DNA of 64,000 nucleotides from Candidatus Margulisiibacteriota bacterium. Its GTDB lineage: Bacteria > Margulisbacteria > WOR-1 > O2-12-FULL-45-9 > XYB2-FULL-48-7. The stretch covers positions 284,280 to 348,279 of the forward strand of contig JBAZKJ010000002.1 of the NCBI GenBank assembly GCA_041650855.1, in the 5' to 3' direction. The position numbers and the translations under genes are program-made. The notes beneath the pieces are model-generated. The model ran no database searches. It saw nothing but the letters and a program-made list of their open reading frames with translations, and was not told the origin of the DNA. Within the stretch, counting starts at the first letter, position 1, and the number at the start of each line of letters is the position of its first letter. Positions 20,323 to 28,985 of the stretch are shown one piece after another.

Positions 20323-20954
20323 GCTTTGCGCCGGCGCTTTGACCGCCAGTTGATGACGGTCATGATCAGCGGGATCAGCAGGAAGATGTTGGCGCTGTGC
20401 CGGGGGAAAACAAGCGCGCCGAGCATCGCCAGCAGGGAGACGGCCGGGATCGTCATGGAGGCGATCAGCGAAGAGTTGATGAAATCCTCTTCCAACGGCC
20501 GGTCGGTAAAATGTTTCCCTTTCACCGCGTAGGCCCAATTGGCCAGGAAGAAGAGGCCGACCAGGAACATATTCCCGGCAAAGAAGAGCTCCGCCAGCAT
20601 CTGTCCTTCAAAATCACCTTCCAGCGACGCCGAGAACGGGATCAGGACGATGGCGGCGAGCAGGCCGATGTTGATCCAGAGGAGGAGCTTGTCCATCTTC
20701 CTGATGTGATGGAATTGCTGGGTGTGGATCACCCAGAAAACGGCCAGCAGGACAAAACTGAGCAGGAAGTTGAAGAAGCGGGGGATCTGGCCAAAGAGCA
20801 GGGAGGAAAGCGAGATCCCGGAACTGGCGGCGGCGTCCGGGAACTGCAGGTCCAGGACGAGGAGCGTCATGGCGAAAGCAAAGATCCCGTCCGATAATCC
20901 TTCGATCCGGTGGGTGGAGAGCTGGTGATGGTGTTCCGGCTGTTTTTCGTCCAT
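20319..20954 (-). CDS. TMEM175/DUF1211-like putative potassium channel
   Basis: RIEGLSDGIFAFAMTLLVLDL signature of DUF1211/TMEM175 with 6 TM helices. Start taken at MDEKQPE (the 21098 start is an upstream extension). Confidence 0.6.
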   Translation of the reverse strand: MDEKQPEHHHQLSTHRIEGLSDGIFAFAMTLLVLDLQFPDAAASSGISLSSLLFGQIPRFFNFLLSFVLLAVFWVIHTQQFHHIRKMDKLLLWINIGLLAAIVLIPFSASLEGDFEGQMLAELFFAGNMFLVGLFFLANWAYAVKGKHFTDRPLEEDFINSSLIASMTIPAVSLLAMLGALVFPRHSANIFLLIPLIMTVINWRSKRRRKA

Positions 20955-20990
20955 GGTTGTATTATAATACCGGCAGAGGAGGACAACAAC

Positions 20991-21152
20991 ATGCAAAAAG
21001 AAATTAAACTTAAAGGGGTCAAGGTCTTCAAGATCCGGAACCGCTCCGGCTACGCCGCGCTTTACCAGAACAATTTGACCGAAGGGACGACGCCGCAAAT
21101 GGCTCTGGCCCGGATGGCCAAGGCCGCCCGCCGCAAAGCAAAACGCCGGTAA
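20991..21152 (+). CDS. Small basic protein (53 aa), unknown function
   Basis: Strong GAGGAGGA RBS and a TATAAT box at 20964-20969. MQKEIKLKGVKVFKIRNRSGYAALYQ...KAARRKAKRR. Confidence 0.4.
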   Translation: MQKEIKLKGVKVFKIRNRSGYAALYQNNLTEGTTPQMALARMAKAARRKAKRR

Positions 21153-21848
21153 TTATAACCGGATCGGCTGGCTGAGCGAGAAGAATATCCCTTCGGCAAA
21201 GAGAGCGTCGGTGATCCGGTAGCTGCCGTAGCCGATGGTCATCCCGGTCCTGCCGCCCGGCAGGGTTGGATCGCTTTCCACGCCGCCGTAGAATTGAAAC
21301 CCGATCCCCCCCGAACGATTATTGGTGCCGAAGAGGTTGAGCGACAACGCGGTGCCGACGTACGGGGTCATCCCCAGAAAAGATCTCTCCCGCAGAAAAA
21401 GCGTGGCGCCCAGATTGAGCGGCAGGGAGAACATGGCCTGGCTGTTGAGCCCGTTGCCGATTACCAGGCCGAGTCCGGTCTCGTATTCCAGCGCGTCTTC
21501 GGCCAGACCGAGCAGCGCCCCCAGCTTAGAGGGATCGTGGAATACTATATTGCAGCCGCCGCCGACCAGGCCAAACAAGCCTTGCTGGCCGGTCCGGTTA
21601 TAGAGGTAAAGGCCGCTGAGCCGGGCGTCCAGCGAGCGGCCGAACACGCCGCGCTCGCGTTCGTATTTTTGGTATTCAGCGGCGGGTGAGGCCGGCGGCT
21701 CATTGAGCGTGCCGTTGGCCGCGTCCGGGGGCGGCAGCGGGGTCGTTTGCGGCGCGAAAGCGGGCGGCGCGTTCACGCCCCAGGCGGCCGAGCAACAAAG
21801 CAATAATACCAGGGCCAGATGGTTTTTCATCCACGGCAAGAATATCAA
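21153..21848 (-). CDS. Secreted / putative outer-membrane protein
   Basis: Signal peptide (…LALVLLLCCSAAWG), Pro-rich linker, then a Gly/aromatic-rich region with alternating hydrophobic residues. The true start may be MKNHL at 21830. Confidence 0.45.
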   Translation of the reverse strand: MIFLPWMKNHLALVLLLCCSAAWGVNAPPAFAPQTTPLPPPDAANGTLNEPPASPAAEYQKYERERGVFGRSLDARLSGLYLYNRTGQQGLFGLVGGGCNIVFHDPSKLGALLGLAEDALEYETGLGLVIGNGLNSQAMFSLPLNLGATLFLRERSFLGMTPYVGTALSLNLFGTNNRSGGIGFQFYGGVESDPTLPGGRTGMTIGYGSYRITDALFAEGIFFSLSQPIRL

Positions 21849-21872
21849 TTTTGTAGTACAATATCAAGGAAG

Positions 21873-24617
21873 ATGCGCAAGCCAATATCGACCGTTCTGC
21901 TTCTCCTGGCCCTGGTGACCGGCGCGCTGGCGCAGGACGGCTTTGAAAGTCTCCGCCTGATCAACGCCGCCAACTGGGGAAAACTGTTCAACGAAATGCT
22001 CGGCGCAATCGCCCCCAGCAAAGGGGACTTGCATTTTGCCCCGGTCGACGCCTATCTGCTTTACCGGATCCTGCCGGTCGGTTTGCCGTTAACGGTCAAG
22101 CCGTATCACCTGGCCGGCGCTGATCCCTCTTTTCGGCCCGAGGCCATACCGTTTTTGGCCGATATCACGCTGGCCGAGACCGACATCGAGAAACACCAGA
22201 AAAGATTAGGCCAGAACGCGTCGGCGGCCGTTTATCCCTCGCTCGGCCGTCTTTTCTTGCTGGCGGACGGAGCGCCCTACGCCCAGGTCAGGGTCGCGGC
22301 CGGCCCGGTCGAGGACTTTCTTTTACCCAACGACCCGTTCCTGAACAAACAGACCCCGGCCGGATGGTACAAGCTGTCGGCCCGGACCAATCATTATTTA
22401 AGCGGCGCTTTCTACGAAGAATCGGTCGTCCCGTTCGGCGCCTGGCTCCAGCCGGTCAACGGGACCTGGAGCTATCAGGAAGGCGGAGCGTGGTTCCGGC
22501 TGCCGGGCCGGATCGCGGCCGACCTGGCCGCCGCTCCCGACCGGCGGGTTGGCCGTTATTTCGACGTGCAGACCGATAGCGACGGCCGGATAACGGCGGC
22601 GCGCTGGGGCGACAACCGGTTCGGACGTTACGCGCTCTTTTGGTCGGTCGACGGCCGGGTCGGTTCGCCGTTTAGCGGCTATGCTCCCGGCGGAGCGGTT
22701 TTTGAACAAGTCATGTTGACCAAGGACCTGGTCGAATTGCTGACCGCGCCCGGACCGGATGATTTTGACGCGGCCGTCAGCCGGAACCGCGACCTGGCAA
22801 ACTATCAGGCCAGCGGCTCGGTAAAACCGGCGTTGACGCCGGCGGAGGCAAAAGCGGTCGGCGAATTCACCGAGGACCGGCTGCCGCGGGAAAAAGGGGC
22901 GCGGCGAGCGGCTCTCGGCCGTTACTGGCAGGTGCAGACCGATCAGCTGGCCTTGGCCAGGCGTGCCGGCTGGTATGAGCGGATCAGGCGGGAATGGCCG
23001 TTTTTCCGGCAATTGCGGGAACAGCTGCGGGCCGACTTTACGCGAATGGGCGTTTATGCGCTGGAAAACCGGCAGAACGTGCTGGAGGAGTGGTTAACCG
23101 ACCGGTTGGAATACCGGACCGTCACGCCGCCCGGCGAAGCGAAGTATGTCCAGGAGCTGAACTTTTCGACTTTTTTCCGTCCCGTGGAAAAGCCCTCGGT
23201 CTTCACCGAGCGCGAACGGGCGGTGATGAAAACGGTCATCCGCCGGGCGGCAAGCGGCGAGGCTGGCGGGTTAGCTCTGCGCTCGGTCATGGCGCTTAAC
23301 GAGTACAACTTCGGTCTGATCCTGAACGATATCCTGGGGGACCTCTATAAGAGCCACGGCTGCATCCACGTCTCCCCGCGCAACAGCTATTTCCTTTACG
23401 AGATCCTGCCGCTTGGGGCGGAGATGGTCGTCCACCCGTATACCGACCGGCTCAGCGCAGAAGCGATCGCCGCCGTGCCGCCGCTGGCCAACCTGGTCAA
23501 TTACGCGGAAGACCTGGAAAAGTTAAAAGCCGCCTTTGCCGACCGGAAAGCCGTGCGGATCGACGTTTATCCGAGCTCTGGTTTTTGGCTGGTTAGCCTG
23601 GATGGTAAGCCGTTCGCCCGGTTAGCCGTCAAGGGCGGAGCGCAAAAAGTGATGCAGATGGTGATGAGCCGCGATGCCAAGGGGCGTCCGGTCTTTGAAG
23701 CCGCACTGGCTTACCCAACTTCGCCCGGGCGGTTCCGGATCTTGAAGCGGACGACCAATTACGTTTCCAATCTTTACCGCGATACGACGATCATCCCGAT
23801 GGGCGGGGAGATCGTCAGCCGGGGGGACCACTGGTCCTTTCAGGACAGCACCGGCCAATGGCGCGACCTGCCGGCTAGCGTGGCCGACGACCTGAACAAG
23901 CCGAGCGAAGCGCGGCAATATACTTTTTACGACCCGGCCGTCAACGCCAGCGGCGAGGTCGCCAGCGTCAAGTGGGGGAGCCACCCGTTCGGCAAGTACG
24001 CGCTGATCACGACCAAGGACGGCCGGACCGCCTGGCCGGAGCTGATCCATTCGTCCGGCGACCTGATCATGGAAGAGCGGCAACTGATCAATGATCTGAT
24101 CTATGTCCTGGCGGCGCCGCACGACGCGCTGGACGATTGTCTTGATAACAGCCCCAACTTCGGCCTGTACAAGGATTGTTACGATTTTGTCAGCGGCGTT
24201 AACTCCGGCGAGGTTTTGGGGGACCGGGAACGGGCCGCCTACAAGCTGCATTACGGCCTGCCCAGGACGGCGAGCGAGGAAGCGACTTTGCCGCCGGATA
24301 CGGTGGCTGCTTACCGGTCCAATCGGGGAGGGCTCAAAATGAAGCTGGACCAGCGGAAGATCGACGGCTTGGTCTACGATAATTACATGTACGTAGTGAC
24401 GGTCGAGAAATACGCCCACCATTACGCGACGCTGCGGCGTTACTGGCAGGAGCTGAGCGGTTTAAGATTAGCGATGCTCCGGGACTTCAATGATTTCGTG
24501 GTCAAAGACCCGGTGATCTTTCATTCGTTCATGAGGGAATTAATGCTGGCTCGGACCCGCCTGGAGCGGTTGTCGCAGGAGAACGCCATTAGGCAATTAG
24601 CGAAATTGCTCGAGTAG
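21873..24617 (+). CDS. Large secreted protein with tandem L,D-transpeptidase-like modules (paralog 1)
   Basis: Signal peptide MRKPISTVLLLLALVTGALA. C-module YKSHGCIHVSP matches the LDT SHGC catalytic motif; the N-module has SKGDLHF in place of SHGC. Internal duplication, and paralogous to 41974-44901. Confidence 0.6.
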   Translation: MRKPISTVLLLLALVTGALAQDGFESLRLINAANWGKLFNEMLGAIAPSKGDLHFAPVDAYLLYRILPVGLPLTVKPYHLAGADPSFRPEAIPFLADITLAETDIEKHQKRLGQNASAAVYPSLGRLFLLADGAPYAQVRVAAGPVEDFLLPNDPFLNKQTPAGWYKLSARTNHYLSGAFYEESVVPFGAWLQPVNGTWSYQEGGAWFRLPGRIAADLAAAPDRRVGRYFDVQTDSDGRITAARWGDNRFGRYALFWSVDGRVGSPFSGYAPGGAVFEQVMLTKDLVELLTAPGPDDFDAAVSRNRDLANYQASGSVKPALTPAEAKAVGEFTEDRLPREKGARRAALGRYWQVQTDQLALARRAGWYERIRREWPFFRQLREQLRADFTRMGVYALENRQNVLEEWLTDRLEYRTVTPPGEAKYVQELNFSTFFRPVEKPSVFTERERAVMKTVIRRAASGEAGGLALRSVMALNEYNFGLILNDILGDLYKSHGCIHVSPRNSYFLYEILPLGAEMVVHPYTDRLSAEAIAAVPPLANLVNYAEDLEKLKAAFADRKAVRIDVYPSSGFWLVSLDGKPFARLAVKGGAQKVMQMVMSRDAKGRPVFEAALAYPTSPGRFRILKRTTNYVSNLYRDTTIIPMGGEIVSRGDHWSFQDSTGQWRDLPASVADDLNKPSEARQYTFYDPAVNASGEVASVKWGSHPFGKYALITTKDGRTAWPELIHSSGDLIMEERQLINDLIYVLAAPHDALDDCLDNSPNFGLYKDCYDFVSGVNSGEVLGDRERAAYKLHYGLPRTASEEATLPPDTVAAYRSNRGGLKMKLDQRKIDGLVYDNYMYVVTVEKYAHHYATLRRYWQELSGLRLAMLRDFNDFVVKDPVIFHSFMRELMLARTRLERLSQENAIRQLAKLLE

Positions 24618-24622
24618 CGGTT

Positions 24623-24928
24623 TTACTTGGCCCGGGATTTAGCTAAAAATTCGTTGCCGACGTCGGCCGCCTTCCGCGCTTCAAAATAAAGCTTGGAAAG
24701 CATCTGATGGCGTTTGTCTTCCGTTGTCTTCGGGGAAAGGAACGTCCTGATCGAGCTCGCGTCAACGGTGGTGGAGAACTTGGGGTCAACGCTCTTGATA
24801 ACGGTCGTTATCCCCAACGAAAGCGCCAGCCGGATAACCTCTGAGAAACTGAGATCATAGGTCTCAGCGATCTGCTTCATGTGATCGGCCTGCCAGTCTT
24901 CCAACAATACTTGAAACCTTTTTAACAT
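24623..24928 (-). CDS. Ribbon-helix-helix (CopG-like) small protein
   Basis: KRFQVLLEDWQADHMKQIAETYDLSFSEVIRLALSLG fits a beta-strand/helix/helix RHH fold. 101 aa. Confidence 0.4.
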   Translation of the reverse strand: MLKRFQVLLEDWQADHMKQIAETYDLSFSEVIRLALSLGITTVIKSVDPKFSTTVDASSIRTFLSPKTTEDKRHQMLSKLYFEARKAADVGNEFLAKSRAK

Positions 24929-24978
24929 GGGTGTCCTCCTGTTTGTGTATAATTATAGCACAATAAAGCGGTTTTTGG

Positions 24979-25623
24979 TCAGAGCGGCAGTTCCCACTCA
25001 TTCCAAAAGACGTTGACCGGCTTGCCGAAATCCAGGTGGAAGTAGAATTGCCAGGCGTGGTCATTGGCCAGAGTGGAAAAAATGATCTTCTTTTCGCCCA
25101 GCGTGACGGCGGTATTGTACAGCGCCGCCAGCGTCCGGCCGCCGATCCCGCGGGCGGGCGTTTTGACGTAAAGACCGCTTAATTCGAGCAAATTGGTCGG
25201 TTTGATCAGGAGAAAAGTCAGGTCAAGGAGCCGGCCGGCGTCGGTCCCCAGATAGAGAGGATTATCATTGAGCGAGACGGTCTTTTCGTAGGCATGCAGC
25301 GCAACCCTGAGGGTGGTCGGCCCGTTCCCCTTGAGCGCCAAATTGACATTAGCCTGGTCGAAGATCGAGCCGAGATTGGCGATCAATGTGGCGGTCGTGG
25401 CTGGATCGGCCAGTTCTCCCTCGCGGGAGAGGGCAAAATCGACCTGGCCGATGGTAAAACGCCGCTCGTCGATATGTTCCCGAGCTTGCCCGTAGGAGAT
25501 CGCCTGGGTCTCGGCTGCTTTCAGGGCGCGTTCCTTGATCGGGACCCTGGGCTGTGCCAGCTGGGCTGGCCGGAGATGGAACATTATCTGGACCCGCGGG
25601 TCACTCGCTGATAAGTGGAACAT
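24979..25623 (-). CDS. GNAT-family acetyltransferase-like protein
   Basis: Motif A-like VKTPARGIGGRTLAALYNTAV. 214 aa; start uncertain. Confidence 0.5.
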   Translation of the reverse strand: MFHLSASDPRVQIMFHLRPAQLAQPRVPIKERALKAAETQAISYGQAREHIDERRFTIGQVDFALSREGELADPATTATLIANLGSIFDQANVNLALKGNGPTTLRVALHAYEKTVSLNDNPLYLGTDAGRLLDLTFLLIKPTNLLELSGLYVKTPARGIGGRTLAALYNTAVTLGEKKIIFSTLANDHAWQFYFHLDFGKPVNVFWNEWELPL

Positions 25624-25692
25624 GACCAGAATTTATCGAACAAGAGAGCGGAAAATTTCGCCAATTCGGCGAACCGTGGTATAATCAACCAT

Positions 25693-26901
25693 ATGCCAAA
25701 CAGCAATTTTTTCGGCCTCGGAATCGCCCCTGGTCTCCTGGAGATCCTGCAGCGGCTCAAATTCGTGACGCCGACGCCGATCCAGGCGAAAGCGATCCCG
25801 ACCTGCATTGAAGGGAAAGACCTGATCGGGGTCGCCCAGACCGGCACCGGCAAGACGCTCGCCTTCGGCATCCCGATGATCCAGCGGTTAGCCGCGTTAA
25901 AAGGCAAGGGCTTGGTCCTGGCGCCGACCCGGGAGTTGGCCCTGCAGATCGACGATGCGCTCCGGCCTTTTGTCAGCTCTTCCGGGATCAGGACGGCCGT
26001 CCTGATCGGCGGCGCCTCGATGCACCTGCAGGTGCAAGCTATCCGCCGGCAGGCGCGGATCCTGATCGCTACCCCGGGGCGGCTCAATGACCACCTGGAA
26101 CAGCGGACGGTCAACCTGGCCGACGTCAAGATCTTTGTGCTCGACGAAGCCGACCGGATGCTGGACATGGGTTTTGCCCCGCAGATCGCCCGGATCGCCC
26201 GCCACATCCCCGCCGACCGGCAGACGATGCTTTTTTCGGCGACGATGCCCGGGTCGATCGTCAACCTGGCCCGTTCCTACATGAAACTGCCGGTCCAGGT
26301 GGAGGTCGCGCCTTCCGGCACGGCGGCGGAAAAAGTCACCCAGGAGGTCTTTTTTATCCGCAAAGAAGACAAGCCGAAGCTGCTTGGCACGATGCTGGAA
26401 CAGTACCGCGGCACCGTCCTCATTTTTTCCCGGACCAAACGCGGGGCTTCCCGCATCACCCGCGGCCTGCGCGGGATGAACTATAACGCGGCGGAGATCC
26501 ACTCCGACCGGTCGCTCTCCCAGCGCCGGGAAGCGCTGGACGGTTTTAAGTCCGGTAAATACCGGATCCTGGTGGCGACCGACATTGCCGCCCGGGGGAT
26601 CGACGTGACCGGCATCGAGCTGGTCGTTAACTACGACCTGCCCGACGACGCCGAGAACTATGTCCACCGGATCGGCCGGACGGGGCGGGCGGGGCAGGAG
26701 GGGCATGCCGTGACTTTTGCCACGCCGGAGCAGAGCAGCGATGTCCGCAATATCGAGAAATTGATGAGAACGGCCTTGCCGGTCGCTAAACATCCCGAGC
26801 TTTCGATCGAAGTGATGCGGCCGCAGGCCAAGCCCGATACTTCGCACTGGCGCCAGCGCGGCATGAGCAGCTACGGCGCCCGCCACCGCCGCCGCCGCTA
26901 A
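25693..26901 (+). CDS. DEAD-box ATP-dependent RNA helicase
   Basis: Q-motif, GTGKTLAF (motif I), VLDEADRMLDMGF (DEAD box) and an Arg-rich C-tail. Start taken at MPNSNFF. Confidence 0.88.
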   Translation: MPNSNFFGLGIAPGLLEILQRLKFVTPTPIQAKAIPTCIEGKDLIGVAQTGTGKTLAFGIPMIQRLAALKGKGLVLAPTRELALQIDDALRPFVSSSGIRTAVLIGGASMHLQVQAIRRQARILIATPGRLNDHLEQRTVNLADVKIFVLDEADRMLDMGFAPQIARIARHIPADRQTMLFSATMPGSIVNLARSYMKLPVQVEVAPSGTAAEKVTQEVFFIRKEDKPKLLGTMLEQYRGTVLIFSRTKRGASRITRGLRGMNYNAAEIHSDRSLSQRREALDGFKSGKYRILVATDIAARGIDVTGIELVVNYDLPDDAENYVHRIGRTGRAGQEGHAVTFATPEQSSDVRNIEKLMRTALPVAKHPELSIEVMRPQAKPDTSHWRQRGMSSYGARHRRRR

Positions 26902-27767
26902 TTACCGATTATTTTAGCAGCTAACCGCTGAGCCAGCGGGATCGCGACCAGCTGGTCGGCAAAGCCGGGGCTGGTGGCGATGGTGACGACCCCGGCCTGC
27001 TGCGCGATCAGGGCCAAAAATTCCTCAGCCGCCGTGAAACTCTCCGCGTCGGGCAGCGCGCCCTGGTACTTTATCTTGACGATCGCGTCGAGGTCGATAT
27101 CGAGGGCGAACCGTTCCCGGCCGCTGGCCCGGCTAATGATCTCGCTAAGCGGGACCTCTTTGCTCAGTGGCCTGATTTGTATACGACCAAGAGGAAGCTG
27201 GTTGGAATTGCCGACCATTCCTCCCGGACAGCCGAACGAAAGCCGCCCGTTAGTTAAAAAAGTGTAGGCCCACCAGAATTCCCCCAGAAGCTGTTGCCGT
27301 AGCGCCGGCATGATGAAATTGGCGTTATTCAGTTCCCGCCGGATAAAATTGGCTGCGTCACCCAACGTCAGCATCTTGCCGGGCGGCGGTTGCAGGCTAT
27401 CGTCGGGATGGGCGTCAATGTGCAGTAATATTGCCCCTTCTTTCAGGTGCCCGGTCAAGCGGGCCTCGTGCCAGGCAAAATAAGCCATCAGGTGATTATC
27501 CATGACGTAAACAGCCGGTCCGCCGGCTTTTTCCAGCCGGACGCAATTTTCCAGGCCGGTGAACTGGAGATCGGGCCTGTCGCTGAAGGAATTGCACGGG
27601 TGGCTGCCTGGCGTGATCGCGGCGGGATCGCCGGCGATCAGCGGCGTGTAATAAACGTGCGGTTTCTGCCGCGAAAGTTGCAGCTCGGTGAAATGGGCTG
27701 ACCTGACCAGGCCGTCACGGCCTGCCAAATAATGGCCTCTTTGCGCTAAGATCGGCGGAAGATGCAT
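26898..27767 (-). CDS. Hypothetical protein with HIDAHPDD metal-binding-like motif (possible UPF0489 / arginase-deacetylase-like fold)
   Basis: 289 aa; LLHIDAHPDD motif. No confident family assignment. Confidence 0.4.
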   Translation of the reverse strand: MHLPPILAQRGHYLAGRDGLVRSAHFTELQLSRQKPHVYYTPLIAGDPAAITPGSHPCNSFSDRPDLQFTGLENCVRLEKAGGPAVYVMDNHLMAYFAWHEARLTGHLKEGAILLHIDAHPDDSLQPPPGKMLTLGDAANFIRRELNNANFIMPALRQQLLGEFWWAYTFLTNGRLSFGCPGGMVGNSNQLPLGRIQIRPLSKEVPLSEIISRASGRERFALDIDLDAIVKIKYQGALPDAESFTAAEEFLALIAQQAGVVTIATSPGFADQLVAIPLAQRLAAKIIGN

Positions 27768-27823
27768 GACAGCGATATATCGTTAGCCGACGTCGGTGAT
27801 TTCAGTGTGCTACAATTGGGCCG

Positions 27824-28768
27824 ATGCGGGCAAGATTCGCTTTATTGCTAATGGCGATTGTTTTAGCCGCCCCGGCGGCAGCCAAACAACCGGCGGAGTT
27901 TAACCCGGAGTCGCTGCCGGAGATCGCCGCACAGCAGTTTGACGGGCGGGAATTGAAGATCGTCAAAACGCTGGCGAGAAACGCCCAGTATACCCGCTAT
28001 CTGATCAATTATCTGAGCGGACAGCTGAACATTTCCGGTATCATGAACGTACCGGTGGGCAAGGGGCCGTTCCCGGTCGTTATCACCAACCACGGTCACA
28101 TTCCGCCGCGGCTCTACACCGTCGGCCGCGGCTTGAAGCGCGAGCAGGATTACCTGGCCCGGCGCGGCTTCGTCGTTATCCATCCCGACTACCGCAATCA
28201 CGGTTTATCGGCTAAGGACCCGGACAGCGAAAGTGGCTTGCGCCTTGGCTATGTCGAAGACGTCATTAACGTTGTCCTGGCGGTCAAGCAAAGCGGCTAT
28301 AAATTTTTGAACAAGGAGAAGATCGGGATGATGGGACACTCGCTTGGCGGCGGTATTTGTCTTAACATCATGACGACCAAGCCCGACCTGGCCCAAGCTT
28401 TCGTCCTCTACGCGCCGGTCAGCGCCGATTACATCGATAACTTCAACCGCTGGGGCCGGCGGAACCACGGGGGGCCGGGCGCAAGTCTTTTGGCCAAATA
28501 CGGTTCGCCGGAGCCGACAGCCGAGTTCTGGCGCAACATGTCGGCCATTAATTTCCTGGACAAGGTAACTGCCCCGGTCGCGATCCACCACGGGACCAGG
28601 GATGAGTCGTGTTATATCGCCTGGTCCGACCGGTTGGCGGCCGAGCTGAAAAGAGCCGGCAAGGATGTCGCTTATTATCGTTACGCCGGCGAGCGCCATG
28701 AGTTCGGCCCGCAATGGGGCTTGTTCATGGAACGGACCGCAAGATTCTTCCGCCAACATTTGGGGTAA
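27824..28768 (+). CDS. Secreted alpha/beta-hydrolase (esterase/peptidase-like)
   Basis: Signal peptide, GHSLGG nucleophile elbow, and downstream Asp/His candidates. 314 aa. Confidence 0.7.
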   Translation: MRARFALLLMAIVLAAPAAAKQPAEFNPESLPEIAAQQFDGRELKIVKTLARNAQYTRYLINYLSGQLNISGIMNVPVGKGPFPVVITNHGHIPPRLYTVGRGLKREQDYLARRGFVVIHPDYRNHGLSAKDPDSESGLRLGYVEDVINVVLAVKQSGYKFLNKEKIGMMGHSLGGGICLNIMTTKPDLAQAFVLYAPVSADYIDNFNRWGRRNHGGPGASLLAKYGSPEPTAEFWRNMSAINFLDKVTAPVAIHHGTRDESCYIAWSDRLAAELKRAGKDVAYYRYAGERHEFGPQWGLFMERTARFFRQHLG

Positions 28769-28809
28769 TCTGCTATAATGCCTGTATCAACGGAAAGGAG
28801 CTAAACAAC

Positions 28810-28980
28810 ATGATCGCAGAAAGAAGCGAGTTCAAAGGGAAGCCGACCATCGTACTGAAGAGGAGCGAGGACGAGAAATATCCGTTCTCCTTCGGCATGG
28901 CCAAGGCGAAAATGATCCTCGATCACCTCGAGGATATCAAGAAGTTCGTCGCCGAGAACGAAAAAGCGGCCGGCGAATAA
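28810..28980 (+). CDS. Small hypothetical protein (56 aa)
   Basis: AAAGGAG RBS upstream. MIAERSEFKGKPTIVLKRSEDEKYPF…. Confidence 0.3.
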   Translation: MIAERSEFKGKPTIVLKRSEDEKYPFSFGMAKAKMILDHLEDIKKFVAENEKAAGE

Positions 28981-28985
28981 CCCGC

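Noticed and set aside
25897-26886. 329-aa minus-strand ORF opposite the DEAD-box helicase
   Set aside because: Helicase motifs I, II (DEAD) and VI are on the plus strand.
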